From Vicugna vicugna (lineage: Eukaryota), in the NCBI GenBank assembly GCA_013265495.1, contig MU058781.1:8785009-8849008 (forward strand): 64,000 nucleotides of DNA. Direction: 5' to 3'. Numbering within the stretch: position 1 is the first letter of the stretch; every line of letters begins with the position of its first letter. Position numbers and translations under genes: made by a program. This document shows positions 39,100 to 50,568 of this stretch, one piece after another. Under the pieces are notes generated by a model. That model was not told the origin of the DNA. It made no database searches and worked only from the letters and a program-made list of their open reading frames with translations.

Positions 39100-40690
39100 A
39101 TTTCCTTATTCCTTCTTTCCTCTTTTCCTACCTCCTTCTAGATTGAATATTAGGATTCTTTGTTTTTTATCTCCACTATTGTGTTGTTAGCTATACCTTT
39201 TGTTTGATTGATCGATGGTTGCTCTAGGGTTTAAATGCTCTATAGAGTAGTGGTCTGCTGGTAATGAATTCTCTAACTTTGCTTGTCTAACATCTTTATT
39301 TTGCACTCGTGTTGGATAGCTGTTTTTCTGTTTTCACTGAATACAAAATTCTAGGACAGTTTTTCAGTGTTTTGAGGATGTCTCTCTGTTCCATTCTGGC
39401 CTGTGTAGTTGCTGACAAGTTTTCTGCCATTTTTATCTCTGTGCCTGTGTACAGTGTCATCCCCATCCTCACTTGCTTTTAAATTTTCCTCTATTTAAAA
39501 AATCTATTTATAATGTGCTTTCGTGTGGTTTTCTTTATGTTTATTCTGCTGAGGTTGAATTTCTTAAGTTTTTATTTTATAGTTTTCATCAAATTTGGAA
39601 AAAATTCAGCCATTATTTTAGGAAATCTAATTACGTGTGTGCCAGTCGGCTTGGCATTGTTCTGCTCTCATTCTCAGTGTCCTCTGCCTCTTTGCTTCAG
39701 TTTGGGTAGTTTCTGTTACGGGGTCTTCAACTTCATCTTTAGAAGTTCCAGTAGGATCTTTTTTCTAAAATCTTCTGTTTATTTTCTCATCATGTTCATG
39801 GTTTTCAAACATGTGGACTACATTTACACTAGCTATTTTAATCTCCTTGGTCTGCTAATTTTATCATCTCTGTCATTTGTGACTCTGCTGCTATTGATTG
39901 ATTTTTCTCTTGATCATAACCACAGTATGTTCTTGTCTGCGTGCCTGGTTATTTTTGTTTGGATGCCAGGCATTTTGAATTTCATGTTGAACATTGGGTT
40001 TTATTGTGTTCTTTTAAAGAGTTTTGGAGTTTGTTCTGTTTATGGGTTAAATTATTTAAAATTAATTTGATTTTTTTTTTGAGGCTTTCTTTTTAAGTTC
40101 TGTTATTATAGGTCCAAAGAAGCTTTCTGTCTAACACCAACTTTTCTCTGCCACTAAAGTGGATGCCTTTTTAAGGGCTCTATCCAATGACTCATGCATT
40201 CTGAATTCTTTCTTTTGGCTTACATAACACAGGTTATTCCTGATTCTATATGACTTCAAGGAATTGTTTGTCCTACTGCTTTACTATGATTCTTTCCCCA
40301 GCCTTGAGATTCAGTTTTCTCTTATGGATTCTCAGCCAGAAACTTGAGGGGGGCCCTCTGCTGTTTTTTTGATCTCTGTCTCTGTATATCTCTCTCGTTG
40401 ATAATATTTAACCCTTTCTGAACTCCAATTTCTGTCTCCTCAGTCAGCAAGATCATCAGGCTCTGTTCGGATTCCCTTTTCTATGCTGTGGCCTAAAAAA
40501 TGCCTCCAGGCAATAAGATGGGCATTCATGGGACTCACCTTACTTGCTTCTCTCAAAAACCATAGTCCTGCACTGCTTTTATTCCTTGTCTGATGGTGGT
40601 TGTTTCATACATTTTGTCAAATTTTCTAGTTGTTTATAACATTAAGGCAATTCTTGTAACACTTAATCCTTCGTGTATAGAAATGGAAGT
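39100..40690 (-). mobile_element. Old L1M/HAL1-class 5' region (ORF1 and 5' UTR), degraded
   Basis: ggtctgctggtaatgaattctct; gaatacaaaattctagg; ttcatcaaatttggaaaaaattcagccattattt; T-rich antisense composition. Confidence 0.7.
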
Positions 40691-41030
40691 CCTCACAATA
40701 TTTCTTTTTGATTATAATTATATATTGTCATTAATATGGCCAGAGTCCACAGTTCATGCTGGATATTGTACATTCCTTCACAGAAACAGGCATGTTGGTG
40801 GAGATAAATTTGATTAGCATAGCTTGGTCAAGTTATGGAGCTGGTTATTGGTATATGTGTTATTCTGTTTTAACATATATTAAAATTCCCTTTTATTAAT
40901 ACCACCTGCAAATATTTGTAGTGCTTTTTACTTAGAAATTTTAAATTGAAGAGGTAGTCAATTATTAAATCCTTGATATCTGGATTGTATATCAGACCTT
41001 TCTTCTTCTCCATAAAACTTCTAAACTTTT

Positions 41031-41575
41031 TTTTAACATTTTTTATTGATTTATAATCATTTTACAATGTTGTGTCAAATTCCAGTGTAGAGCACAATTT
41101 TTCTGTTATACATGAACATATGTATATTCGTTGTCACATTTTTTTCTCTGTGAGCTACCATAAGTTCTTGTGTATATTTCCCTGTGCTATACAGTATAAT
41201 CTTGTTTATCTATTCTACAATTTTGAAATCCCATCTGCCCCTTCCCACCCTCCACCCCCTTGGCAATCACAAGTCTGTATTCTATGTCTATGAGTCCGTT
41301 TCTGTTTTGTATTTATGCTTTGTTTTTGGTTTTGTTTTTGTTCTTGTTTTTGTTTTTGTTTAGATTCCACATATGAGCGATCTCATATGGTATTTTTCTT
41401 TCTCTTTCTGGCTTACTTCACTTAGAATGACATTCTCCTGGAGCATCCATGTTGCTGCAAATGGCATTACGTTGTCGGTTTTTATGGCTGAGTAGTATTC
41501 CATTGTATAAATATTCCACCACTTCTTTATCCAGTCATCCGTTGATGGACATTTAGGCTGTCTCCATGTCTTGGC
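41031..41575 (-). mobile_element. Young lineage-specific L1 3' end
   Basis: Perfect 17-bp TSD aaaacttctaaactttt (41014-41030, 41576-41592); retained CpGs; gattccacatatgagcgatctcatatggtatttttctttctctttctggcttacttcacttag. Confidence 0.93.
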
Positions 41576-41833
41576 AAAACTTCTAAACTTTTGTGTATAT
41601 TTTTGTCCTGGAATTGTACTGTACTCTTTCCTTATGTGGAAACTGCTCTCACCTGTTTCCCTGATTTTTACTTTTTACTCACCAGAAAGCATAACTATAT
41701 TCTGATGTCTGTGGCATTATACATGGAAAGGGCACAAGACTTATACTTACAAGACTTTTTAAACTCGTCCATCTTTTGATAAGTTGCCAGTTATAGTTAA
41801 AAAGAGTAAAGCTGATGTGAATTATTCTATTTT

Positions 41834-41963
41834 TTTTTGAGAGAGGAGGGAGATAATTAGATTTATTTACTTAATTATTTTTTAAATGGAAGTGGTGGGG
41901 ACTGAACCCAGGACCTCGTGCATGCTAAGCACGCACTCTACCACTGAGCTGTACCCTCCCCCC
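41834..41963 (-). mobile_element. tRNA-Ala-derived camelid SINE (vic-1 type)
   Basis: Reverse complement ggggagggtacagctcagtggtagagtgcgtgcttagcatgcacgaggtcctgggttc..., AT-rich tail; 15-bp TSD gaattattctatttt (41819-41833, 41964-41978). Confidence 0.92.
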
Positions 41964-42739
41964 GAATTATTCTATTTTCATAATAGTTACTCGGAGTATG
42001 GGTGGTACAGTCTTGAAGGCGAGCCTGTTTTACCTTTCCTTTTCCTGCCTCACAAGAGAGGATTCTCTTTACTTATTCTTATTTGTCCTTCTCTTTGAAA
42101 TTGTAGCCTTGGTTCAGCGTCTTTGAAGACTCTGAGTTTGTGGCAAATGTTGGTTTGTTGGACGTCAGAGTAAATGATGCCCAGTGATGGACTGGACCCC
42201 TGTAGCAGTACTGAGGCTTTGTTGGGTGGGAAGAAGGAAAAGAAGGCAACACTTCCGTTCCCTCTAGGTGCTGCCAACTAGAAAGCATAAATGTGTTACT
42301 GGTCTTGGGTTCCTTTTATTTGTTTCTATTTAAATATGTGAGTTTTGTTTCATGCATTTTGGCCAGGTATATAAATCCCCTCTCCAAAAAAAAAAAGAGG
42401 GAAAGAAACCGATTTTTTGAAGAAAGACTGGACAGTGGTATTTCTTGTTTTTCCCTTTCCTGCCATTTCTTATATGCCAAATCTAGAGATTTGAGAATCC
42501 TGAAACTGCTTTGAATATTCATGAGCATGAGCATGAGCATGAAAGTATCTTAAAACATGGAGTTACTGAGAGCATTCAGTGGCAGGTATAATACGCATCT
42601 TGGATATTCATCACATACTGTAGTTAATAGGTTATTGAAGTGTAATTTTTGCTCCCTTAGTCCTTCTCTGTGGGCTTGAGCCTCTTGCCACAACTTCTGT
42701 CACCAGTGGCTCCCATTTTACAGTTCTTTTTCACCACAA

Positions 42740-43165
42740 ATCCCTCACCTACTTTACCCCAACCACACTGACCACTTTGTGGTTCCTTAGGAACTGTAAA
42801 CATGCTCATGCTGGGTCTTTGCACTTAGAGTCCCTCTGCTTCAAGTGCTCTTCCTTTGGGTCACTGATCTTCATGGCTTACTACTTGGTTCATTCCAGCC
42901 TCGGGTCATCATGAACCTTCCATGACTATTCCTTATCAACAATAGCAATGTCCTTTCCCAACCACTTTATCACATGTTCCTTTTATTCTGCATTCATACA
43001 TTTTATTAGCACTTACTTTTACTCGACAGTGTATTCTTCATCTCTCAGTTTATTGTCTATCACTTGAATAAATTTCACGAGGACAGGGATCTTGTCTCTG
43101 AGATATAGAACTGTGTCTGGCACATAATAATACTCAACAGATACTTGCTGGTAGAAGAATGAGTG
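42740..43165 (+). mobile_element. LINE-2 3' end
   Basis: ccacactgacc..; gggtctttgcactt; cacgaggacagggatcttgtc; tagaactgtgtctggcacataataatactcaac. Confidence 0.85.
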
Positions 43166-43166
43166 A

Positions 43167-43253
43167 CAACAAGGACCTACAGTGGAGCACAGGAAACTAT
43201 ATGCAGTTTCTTGTAATAACATAATGGAAAAGAATCTGAAAAGAAAATATATT

Positions 43254-43291
<38 letters not shown>

Positions 43292-43374
43292 ACCACTTTG
43301 CTGTACACCTGAAACTAACATTATAAATCAACCACACTTCAATAAAAAAGAAAATTTATTAAAAGAAAAGAGCG
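43167..43374 (+). mobile_element. Cetartiodactyl/camelid L1 3' end containing (TA)n
   Basis: caacaaggacctacagtggagcacaggaaactatat...actgaaccactttgctgtacacctgaaactaaca...cttcaataaaaaa. Confidence 0.88.
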
Positions 43375-43390
43375 AAAGAATCAATGAATG

Positions 43391-43533
43391 GGGGAGGGTA
43401 TAGCTCAGTGGTAAAGTGCATGCTTAGCATGCATGAGGTCCTGGATTCAATCCCCAGTACCTCCATTAAAAATAAATAAATAAATAGATCTAATTATCTT
43501 GCCCCCCCAAAATTTTTTTTTAAAAATTTTAAA
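43391..43533 (+). mobile_element. tRNA-Ala-derived camelid SINE (vic-1 type)
   Basis: ggggagggtatagctcagtggtaaagtgcatgcttagcatgcatgaggtcctggattcaatccccagtacctcca plus (TAAA)n; 16-bp TSD aaagaatcaatgaatg (43375-43390, 43534-43549). Confidence 0.93.
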
Positions 43534-44989
43534 AAAGAATCAATGAATGAATAATGTTACATTTGTCTGAAGACACTTAAACTGTGTACTCAATGCACCT
43601 TGACATTGAACATAAGAATATAATAGAAAATCAAAAACTGTGTTTGTTGTTTAAATACTTGAAATATTAATTTATATGTTTTATATTCAAAGTCAGAATA
43701 TCCTCCTTATAACTACAGGATTTCAGGTCGTATTTGACTGTAGATTTGGTGGAGGTCACTTTTGAGAAATACCTTTTGGACCAGAAACTGTTAGTCATAA
43801 AAATGTTCTGGCCTATTTAAATTTAAGTTCTATTTTTTTCTTCATTCTATAATTGAGTTCACTAGCCAAAATAACACAAAATCTTTTGCTTCTTTAGTTT
43901 CCTTTACCCTCTAAACTATTCTGTAGCCCTTTGAGTTTGTCTTGAAATCTAGATAAATTTCTTTCTGTCACCATGATCAGCTCATATTAATCTTTTCTGA
44001 GAACAGGTACTGTGTTGCAGGCGTCTGGTCATCTTCTTCTTTCCTCTTCCTCCTTCCTTTTATATCTGTACTGTTTGGACTGCTGGGAGTTAAGCCTGTT
44101 GTGATTTTTTTTTTAAAGACAAAACAATGTCTCTCCCCACTCCTACTGAATCACCAGCGGGTCCTTTCATGGACATGGCTGCCTGGATTCTCTCTAGGGG
44201 TGTTTAAAAAGCCTGCGTACGGAACAGAGCAGACTGGAATTAAGAGGATAAACGGAATCTGCCTCACTGAGGCTTATTGTAGATTTTGGAGACTGGGAAG
44301 TCGGATGCCTTGTTAGCAGAAAGCGGGTCATCCTTTTGTGGTGTTTGGTTTGCTTTTAGCTTTCCATTATTTCCAAATTCTTGTAGAAGTATGGAAATAA
44401 ACAATATTTTATCTGATTATGACCTTTCAAAAGAAATGAATTACACAGGTTGTTTTTATTTAGCAGCAACATCATCAGTTTCTGCCAGTAACTGTTTTCC
44501 TGTGTGTGACTGTACTCCCGGATGTCTGGATGCTCTGGAAATACTGTCTGTTAAGTCTTATTATTAAAGCACTAAAAAAGATCATTTTAAAGTTTCTTTG
44601 TTTTATGGATACTTGATCCATCTGAACTTAGGTGCAAGTGGAAAATCTGTCCTTTAAATAAAAAGATGGTTTATATTCGCTTGCTGTATTGTCCCACCAC
44701 CACTATAGGGTACTAGGGAACATTAGGCAAAATTGCTTAGAAGTGAAGAGACTACGCAACACACTTTGCAGCATTCAAGCTGCATTTTCATATTGTCCAA
44801 AGAAAATTCATGTTGCTATTGCCTTATTGCCTAATGCAGAACCTAATACACTCCTCTGTATACTGTGTGTATGTGTGCGCATGCATGTACATACAGACAC
44901 GTTTACATATACATGTGTGGAAACAAGTCCATTGTTAGCTGAATTAAACGTAATGGGTCATTTTTACCGAACGCAATCTTATTAACTAC

Positions 44990-45330
44990 ATTGATTGATG
45001 GAACCAAGTTTATTGAGTGCTTCCTCTGTGCTGTGCACCACAGTAGATCCTAGGCCTAGTGTATTCGTAACGTTTCTGCATCTCTACCTGGGAGATGCTT
45101 GCATCCTATCAGGGGAGACACACAATTAATCCAGTAATTATGAGGCATTGTGGCACAGAATTTTGCACAAGATGCTTGGAAGCACAGGAGAGGAACATCT
45201 AAATTAGTCTGGTTGGTCAAGAAAGTTTCTTGGATGAGCTATTCATTATGCAAAGAAGAGTGGAAGGATCTTAGAGGGAGCAGCATATGCCAAAGCAGAG
45301 TTCTGACTACTGTGTCGTCCAGTGTCAGAT
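44990..45330 (-). mobile_element. LINE-2 3' end
   Basis: caagtttattgagtgcttcctctgtgc...ggaagcacaggagagg...gagggagcagcatatgccaaag. Confidence 0.7.
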
Positions 45331-45389
45331 TTGCCTGGGGGAGTGGTTGTGTTGTGAGAATGTCAGGAAGAATGTTCTCGACTGCAGAA

Positions 45390-45600
45390 GCTATATGCTG
45401 GCATATTTAGGGGTAAAGTACTATGATGTCTGCAACTAATTCTCACATGAGTCAAAAAAAAAACCATGTATTTGTGAATGTGGAGAGTGCTCAGCAGTGT
45501 GACAAAATGTCATTCATAGGTCTAGGTGAAAGAGGTACAGGTATTCATTGTAGTCCTCTTGAAACTTTTCTTTAAATTTAACATTGTTCAAAAGAAAAAG
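45390..45600 (+). mobile_element. Old L1 3' end (L1ME-class)
   Basis: tatttaggggtaaag..atgatgtctgcaact; tctaggtgaaag..ggtattcattgta..aacttttct. Confidence 0.7.
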
Positions 45601-48216
45601 GGGAAAAAAACCTTCAGGTCACAAATAAACTTGTTTTTAAGTTTGAAAAAGTAGTATAAACATGATATAATTGAAGAATTAGCCAATAAATAATTGTCTT
45701 CTACGGTGGCCTGTTACCTGGGTATTTGTCAGTGATTGTTGCTCTTTAAAAGATAGCCTTGATTAATCTGCTGTGGGGCTATCCTTAATAAAACTGTTAT
45801 TTAAGTCATTTTTTATCTAAAAGGAAAATGTAAAACCATTGGGTGTTCAATAATAGGATCAGAAGGGACCAAAGGAGAGTTCTGTTGTCTAATTCACTAT
45901 TAAATGAATAAGCTAAACAGGTAGAAGCCTGACTATGTGTATTATTGTAAGTGTTGCCGTTGAAGAAATTTCCATGACCTTTCTAGTGTTTAGGCAGAGG
46001 GTCATATTCATTTCTGAATTGCCCGAGATTATTTTTTAAGAAGAAAGCACGCGTGAAAATTGAGTTACTATACTCTGTGACCCTTAAAAGAGAGAATGGG
46101 GAATTAAGAGCAGAGAAGGTAATGGATATTAAATAAACATAACAAATAATGTATATTTAATTCATATTATTTATTGGCCATAGAAGGAAATGGAGGATGA
46201 AGGCTGGAGTGGGTGGTGGAGAAAGACTAGGGGATGGAATTGGCGAAGGAAGGGAAAGGCCGGGCTGGTAATGGAGAGCACAGGACAGAAGCGGGGAGAG
46301 AGCACATCTTCTGAGGGAGGAAGAGTTAGCAGATCTTGAGGTGATCTCTTTCTATTATGTCTAGTTGATGTGGCTTTTCTTGCCATCTGGTGCGTTTTAA
46401 CCATTGATCCCATTAATCACTATTCACAGTTTTTATATTTTTACAATCTGTATCTTTAGAGGCTCTACTCATAATGGAATAATTGAAACAACTTATTATG
46501 GTGGAAATTTTCCCCAATGATAAAACAAAAGCTAGTAGAGAGCTATCACTTCTGACCAGATGAAATCAATCTTCACCCATATTTTAATTTGTTACAATGA
46601 AGCTCATACACAGGAAAAGTTATAGTGAGTCAGAATCTTTTGAAATTGAGTTTTGGCAAAGTGTGTTTTTTCAGAAAGGATTTTTTTTTGTCATGAGACT
46701 TATATTACTGAGAATATTATCTTTTTTTTATTATTAACCTTTTATGTCTTCTACTTTTTCCATCCTCTGCCATCTCAAATTACTGTGGAGCAGAGATCAG
46801 AATCCAGCTGTTGAGGTTGCTCTCCATTCAGAGAAAAATAGCATTTCAGCCATAGGCTGATTTATAATTACTTGAGTAAAATGAAAATGGACTCCAATAA
46901 CTAAACTTTTTAAAGAATTTTCCCTTGTAAGATGCATTTCATTTCTTCCTAGTATTTGCTGCTTTTTTAAATGCCAATATTAGTACAGCAGCAGAATGAT
47001 AGGTGATCTTATGAACCTAATGCTCGGTAAAAAAGTCCGACTGAATAATTTAAGCAACATGAACAAAAGTCAGGTAGATGAAGTTTTAGGAAATGGTAAG
47101 ATTTCTCCTTGGATGCTTAAAAAAAGCTCCTTTCTGTCTCCTACTTTTCTACCCACCACTTTCTTTTTTTGCACATATTTATTTTTACAGGCATGGGAGT
47201 TTTCACTGGGCATTCACTCCTCTTATCTCAGTTCTTCCTGCCTGCTTCTCCTTTTCATTTTCATGTGTTTGTTTTTCTGACACGTATTAATCAAAATCCA
47301 TGTGCAGACTGAGTCTATCTCACTGGGGTTGACGTCATATCCACTTCAAGCCAGCCCAGTCCACCCTTCATTTTGGTTTCTAAAGCTGTGTTCTCCAGGA
47401 CCCACCCCTCCACCATCAGTCACCCCTGAGAAGGATGTGTGTGAAGTTCCCAGGATGTCTGTCAGTGTCCTCTTGCCAGCTCCTGAGTAATAGCCAGTCT
47501 TAGGTCACAGAAGTTGAATGATGATTACATATCGGTCACGAACTGGAAGAGCTGCAGGGCACATAGTAGGTAATAAATGTTTGATGGACGAAGAAAGAAA
47601 TGAAGGTGCAAAGGAACATAGCTCATAACTGAAGTCCTGTTGGAGTGAAGGTGCTTAGGGCAAGCACTCTGCCCGTAAGTATAGCCAGTTAAGTGTGCAG
47701 CCAGAGGCATGCGTGTGTCCCAATATCCACTTGTGGTTACAGACTGCAGCCTTCAGCTCCCTGGTGAATTCATCTGCAAGCTGACCTGACGGGAACGGCT
47801 TGCACTATGAATAATCACAGTGCTTCCCAGAGAAAAGGATGTCAGGCGTGGGGATTCCACATGGAGCTTCTCTTTTACTACGAAATGCCTCTCTGTATCC
47901 TAACCACGTGAGGGATCAGCTCTCATTAGAATCTGTGCTTGAAACAGAACCTTACAAAACCTGAACTTTCTCACATTAAGAGCAGAATCATCTCTGACAA
48001 ATTTTTGGATTGAATTGACAAGGCACGGTTCTCCCAAAGTCCAGGGATTTCACGTTTTGCACCAGTTTTCTCATTTCCTTGTGTTTTAGAGCAGGCTGCT
48101 ATTAGATAGAGCATTTTAGTGGCCTTGATCTTGGAGACGTCAAGACCGTTATTCCTGTTGTTGCTGATTTAGTGTCACAGCTGCTTCCTCTTTATGTGAT
48201 TTAATTTGAAGTTTCA

Positions 48217-48232
48217 GCCCACCAGGGGGCTA
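48217..48232 (+). promoter_or_regulatory. Candidate CTCF site
   Basis: CCACCAGGGGGC at 48219-48230 matches the CTCF core; motif match only. Confidence 0.4.
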
Positions 48233-50375
48233 TTGGTCCCCACCTATGCAGCTTCAAGAGCTGGCTGCTGTTTTCTGCAGGGATGTTATGTTATTTCCAT
48301 TCCTATTCATAGCGGTTTTTCCCCTCCTGTATTCATCTAGCAGCAGCAAGGCACTGTTCCAGGAACTTGCTCTCTCTACATAAGGCGTAACGTGGAACCA
48401 TTTGGATGGAAAAATTATAAATTAAAATTATTCTGTTCATTTTAAAATATTCATATTGTGTTGCTCAAATGCCAGTAACTGGAAAATCATGGATAATGTC
48501 CTGTTTTTATAACCTCTTTCAGAGCGTTTTAAAATCCATTTATGTTGTTACTTAGCCATTTCTTTTCCTGTAGTGGATTTTGTGATAAGATTTTTTAAAA
48601 AGAGGGGGTTGTCTGAGTCCAGTGTATGATGGCATATGTAATATTAAAATACAGATGATACCACTAATTGCAACCTATTTTTTAATAGAAAAGTATTTAC
48701 TCCGAGTATAGAAAATATTTATAAAACTACAAAGCTACAGAAACAGCTGTGGACATTCTGGGTTATGTATTTTGAGGTTAAAACTTTTTAATAAATGATT
48801 AAAACTAAGTAAAGCTTTATTAATTTTGGAAACTATGTCTTTAAATTAAGAAAACCCATCTATTCATAACAGTACTGATTTTCATACTAAAATTATCGCT
48901 TTTAAAACGGAGCTGTTTTTTGATGTCTCCTGTTCTTTAATTAGGGAAAAGTAAATTTTATTTCTGTTCTTGTATTTTCCATGTCGTTATGGGTGTCAGT
49001 GAGAATGTGCTTGTCTCAGAGAGATAGTCATGTGGGGAAAAGTGAACACATTTCTATGGAGGTTGGCTAGTCTTTTTGATAAAATAAATATATCTCTTAT
49101 TCTAAAGGAAAGCATACTGATTGGAGATCTTAACTTCAGTATAAATTTTTCCACCTCGGTGGAACATGTTAAAGAGAGTGAAGATCTTTCCTTTTTGCTT
49201 TTTTATTCTGTAAGTTTTAAGTTCATGTTCACATGGAAGCCGTGTGTTTTATTTGTTGTCTCTCTTGGCTAGGAATATTTAAATGTATTTTTGAAATTCT
49301 TCTGTTCTGTCAACTAAACCCAATTTAAAATTATAATTTTAGGACTCTTCCTAGAAACTTACACTTTTGGTTCAGGCTGGCGTCTTTGTGTGCCGTGTGT
49401 GTGCTGAGATTCTTCAGAAGCAACAAATCACGTTAGGACGAACAAATTTCACAGGCCCAATTCATTGTTTGTTTTGGCCTTGTGAATCATTTGGCCGTTT
49501 AAAATAGGCTAATCCTTTTTTTATTCCCCTTATAAAATTCTTTTTTTTAATCCTTTAATTGAATATGCGCTCAGAAAAGTTCTATATGCCATGAAAACTT
49601 GGGTGGCTCTTGCTAACTCTGCTTTATTTATGTTAAATACTAGGTTATTCAGAAGTATTTCTTTTCGGTTTTTGAAAGACTGTTATTGCAGGCTGAACTG
49701 TTTGAAGTCAGGATTCTTTATAAAAACGATAACAGTAAAACATATATCCATTTTCCTAAAGTCTGATTGATGGAATATAGGGTGCAACGTGTCCTATTTT
49801 TAGTAAACGAGTTTTCTAACACAAATACTTCATTTATACAGCAGCCAGCTCCTTTGAATGCAGCAATGCAGTGCAGTCTATTCCTAATTGAATAAAGACA
49901 ACAAATGAGCATAGTTACTGCAGGAGAAATGGGTACCTTATAATTAATAATATGTGAGTTAAAGCTTAACTACACTTGACATTTTTCCTTGGGTTAGTGA
50001 CAGACTGATGAGTGAGTTAACTGTTGATAGTACCTTTCCTGTGGAGTGACTGTTTTTTTAGTTCTGGGGCTTATGCTGTTCAATAAAATAGGTATTCTCT
50101 GTGCTCGGGCTAAAGCTTTAGTCTTGATCAGAGTGCTCTGGAGGAACTGATTGGCTGTGAATGTTAATCACTCCATAGGACACACCGATAATTGACAGCA
50201 TTGTTGTTACTCTCTGGTGTTCATAAAATGAACTTAATAACCCAGTGTCACTGTGGGATAAGCTGCTTTTTCTCTGCAATTGAATACCCAGGCTGCCTGC
50301 ATAATAGTGTTGAGAAATACTGCATTAGAAAGGGTGAGCAGCTGTGTGATGAAGGCAACAGCTCTGCAACAGATT

Positions 50376-50401
50376 TGTTAATTATCTCCTTTGATTCACA
50401 G
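50376..50401 (+). promoter_or_regulatory. 3' splice site (putative branch point TTAAT, A~50381; pyrimidine tract; CAG)
   Basis: tgttaattatctcctttgattcacag lies immediately before the coding exon. Confidence 0.85.
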
Positions 50402-50568
50402 AGGGCGTTTGTGAGATATGGTTGACCAGCGAAGACACAGGGGCTTATGGCAGAGATATTGGCACCAGTCTCCCCACACTACTGTGGAAGCTGGTTGAAG
50501 TGATTCCAGAGGGAGCAATGCTGAGGCTTGGCATGACAAATCCACCCTATATTTTAGAGCATCTGGAG
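50402..50568 (+). CDS. CDKAL1: Internal coding exon of CDKAL1 (threonylcarbamoyladenosine tRNA methylthiotransferase), radical SAM domain; probably equivalent to human exon 10
   Basis: Translates (phase 1) as [E][55 protein letters not shown], matching CDKAL1 as I recall it. Acceptor ttatctcctttgattcacag| and donor GAG|gtaagg; 167 nt, phase 1 in and phase 0 out. The exon number is from memory. Confidence 0.97.

Larger units (their letters stand above)
1..50401 (+). other. CDKAL1: CDKAL1 intron upstream of the exon (partial, >50 kb)
   Basis: The preceding exon (CxxxCxxC radical SAM motif region) is not visible in the window, and the exon at 50402 is internal. Confidence 0.85.

Noticed and set aside
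39513..40070. 185-aa hydrophobic 'membrane protein' ORF
   Set aside because: Antisense reading of A-rich old L1 ORF1 sequence; T-richness produces Phe/Leu runs.
43391..43466. tRNA-Ala(AGC) gene
   Set aside because: It has a SINE tail and TSD, an acceptor-stem mismatch and a B-box lesion (GGATTCAA). The 41834 copy also has a damaged B-box. These are SINEs, not tRNA genes, and their location in a tRNA-modification gene is coincidental.
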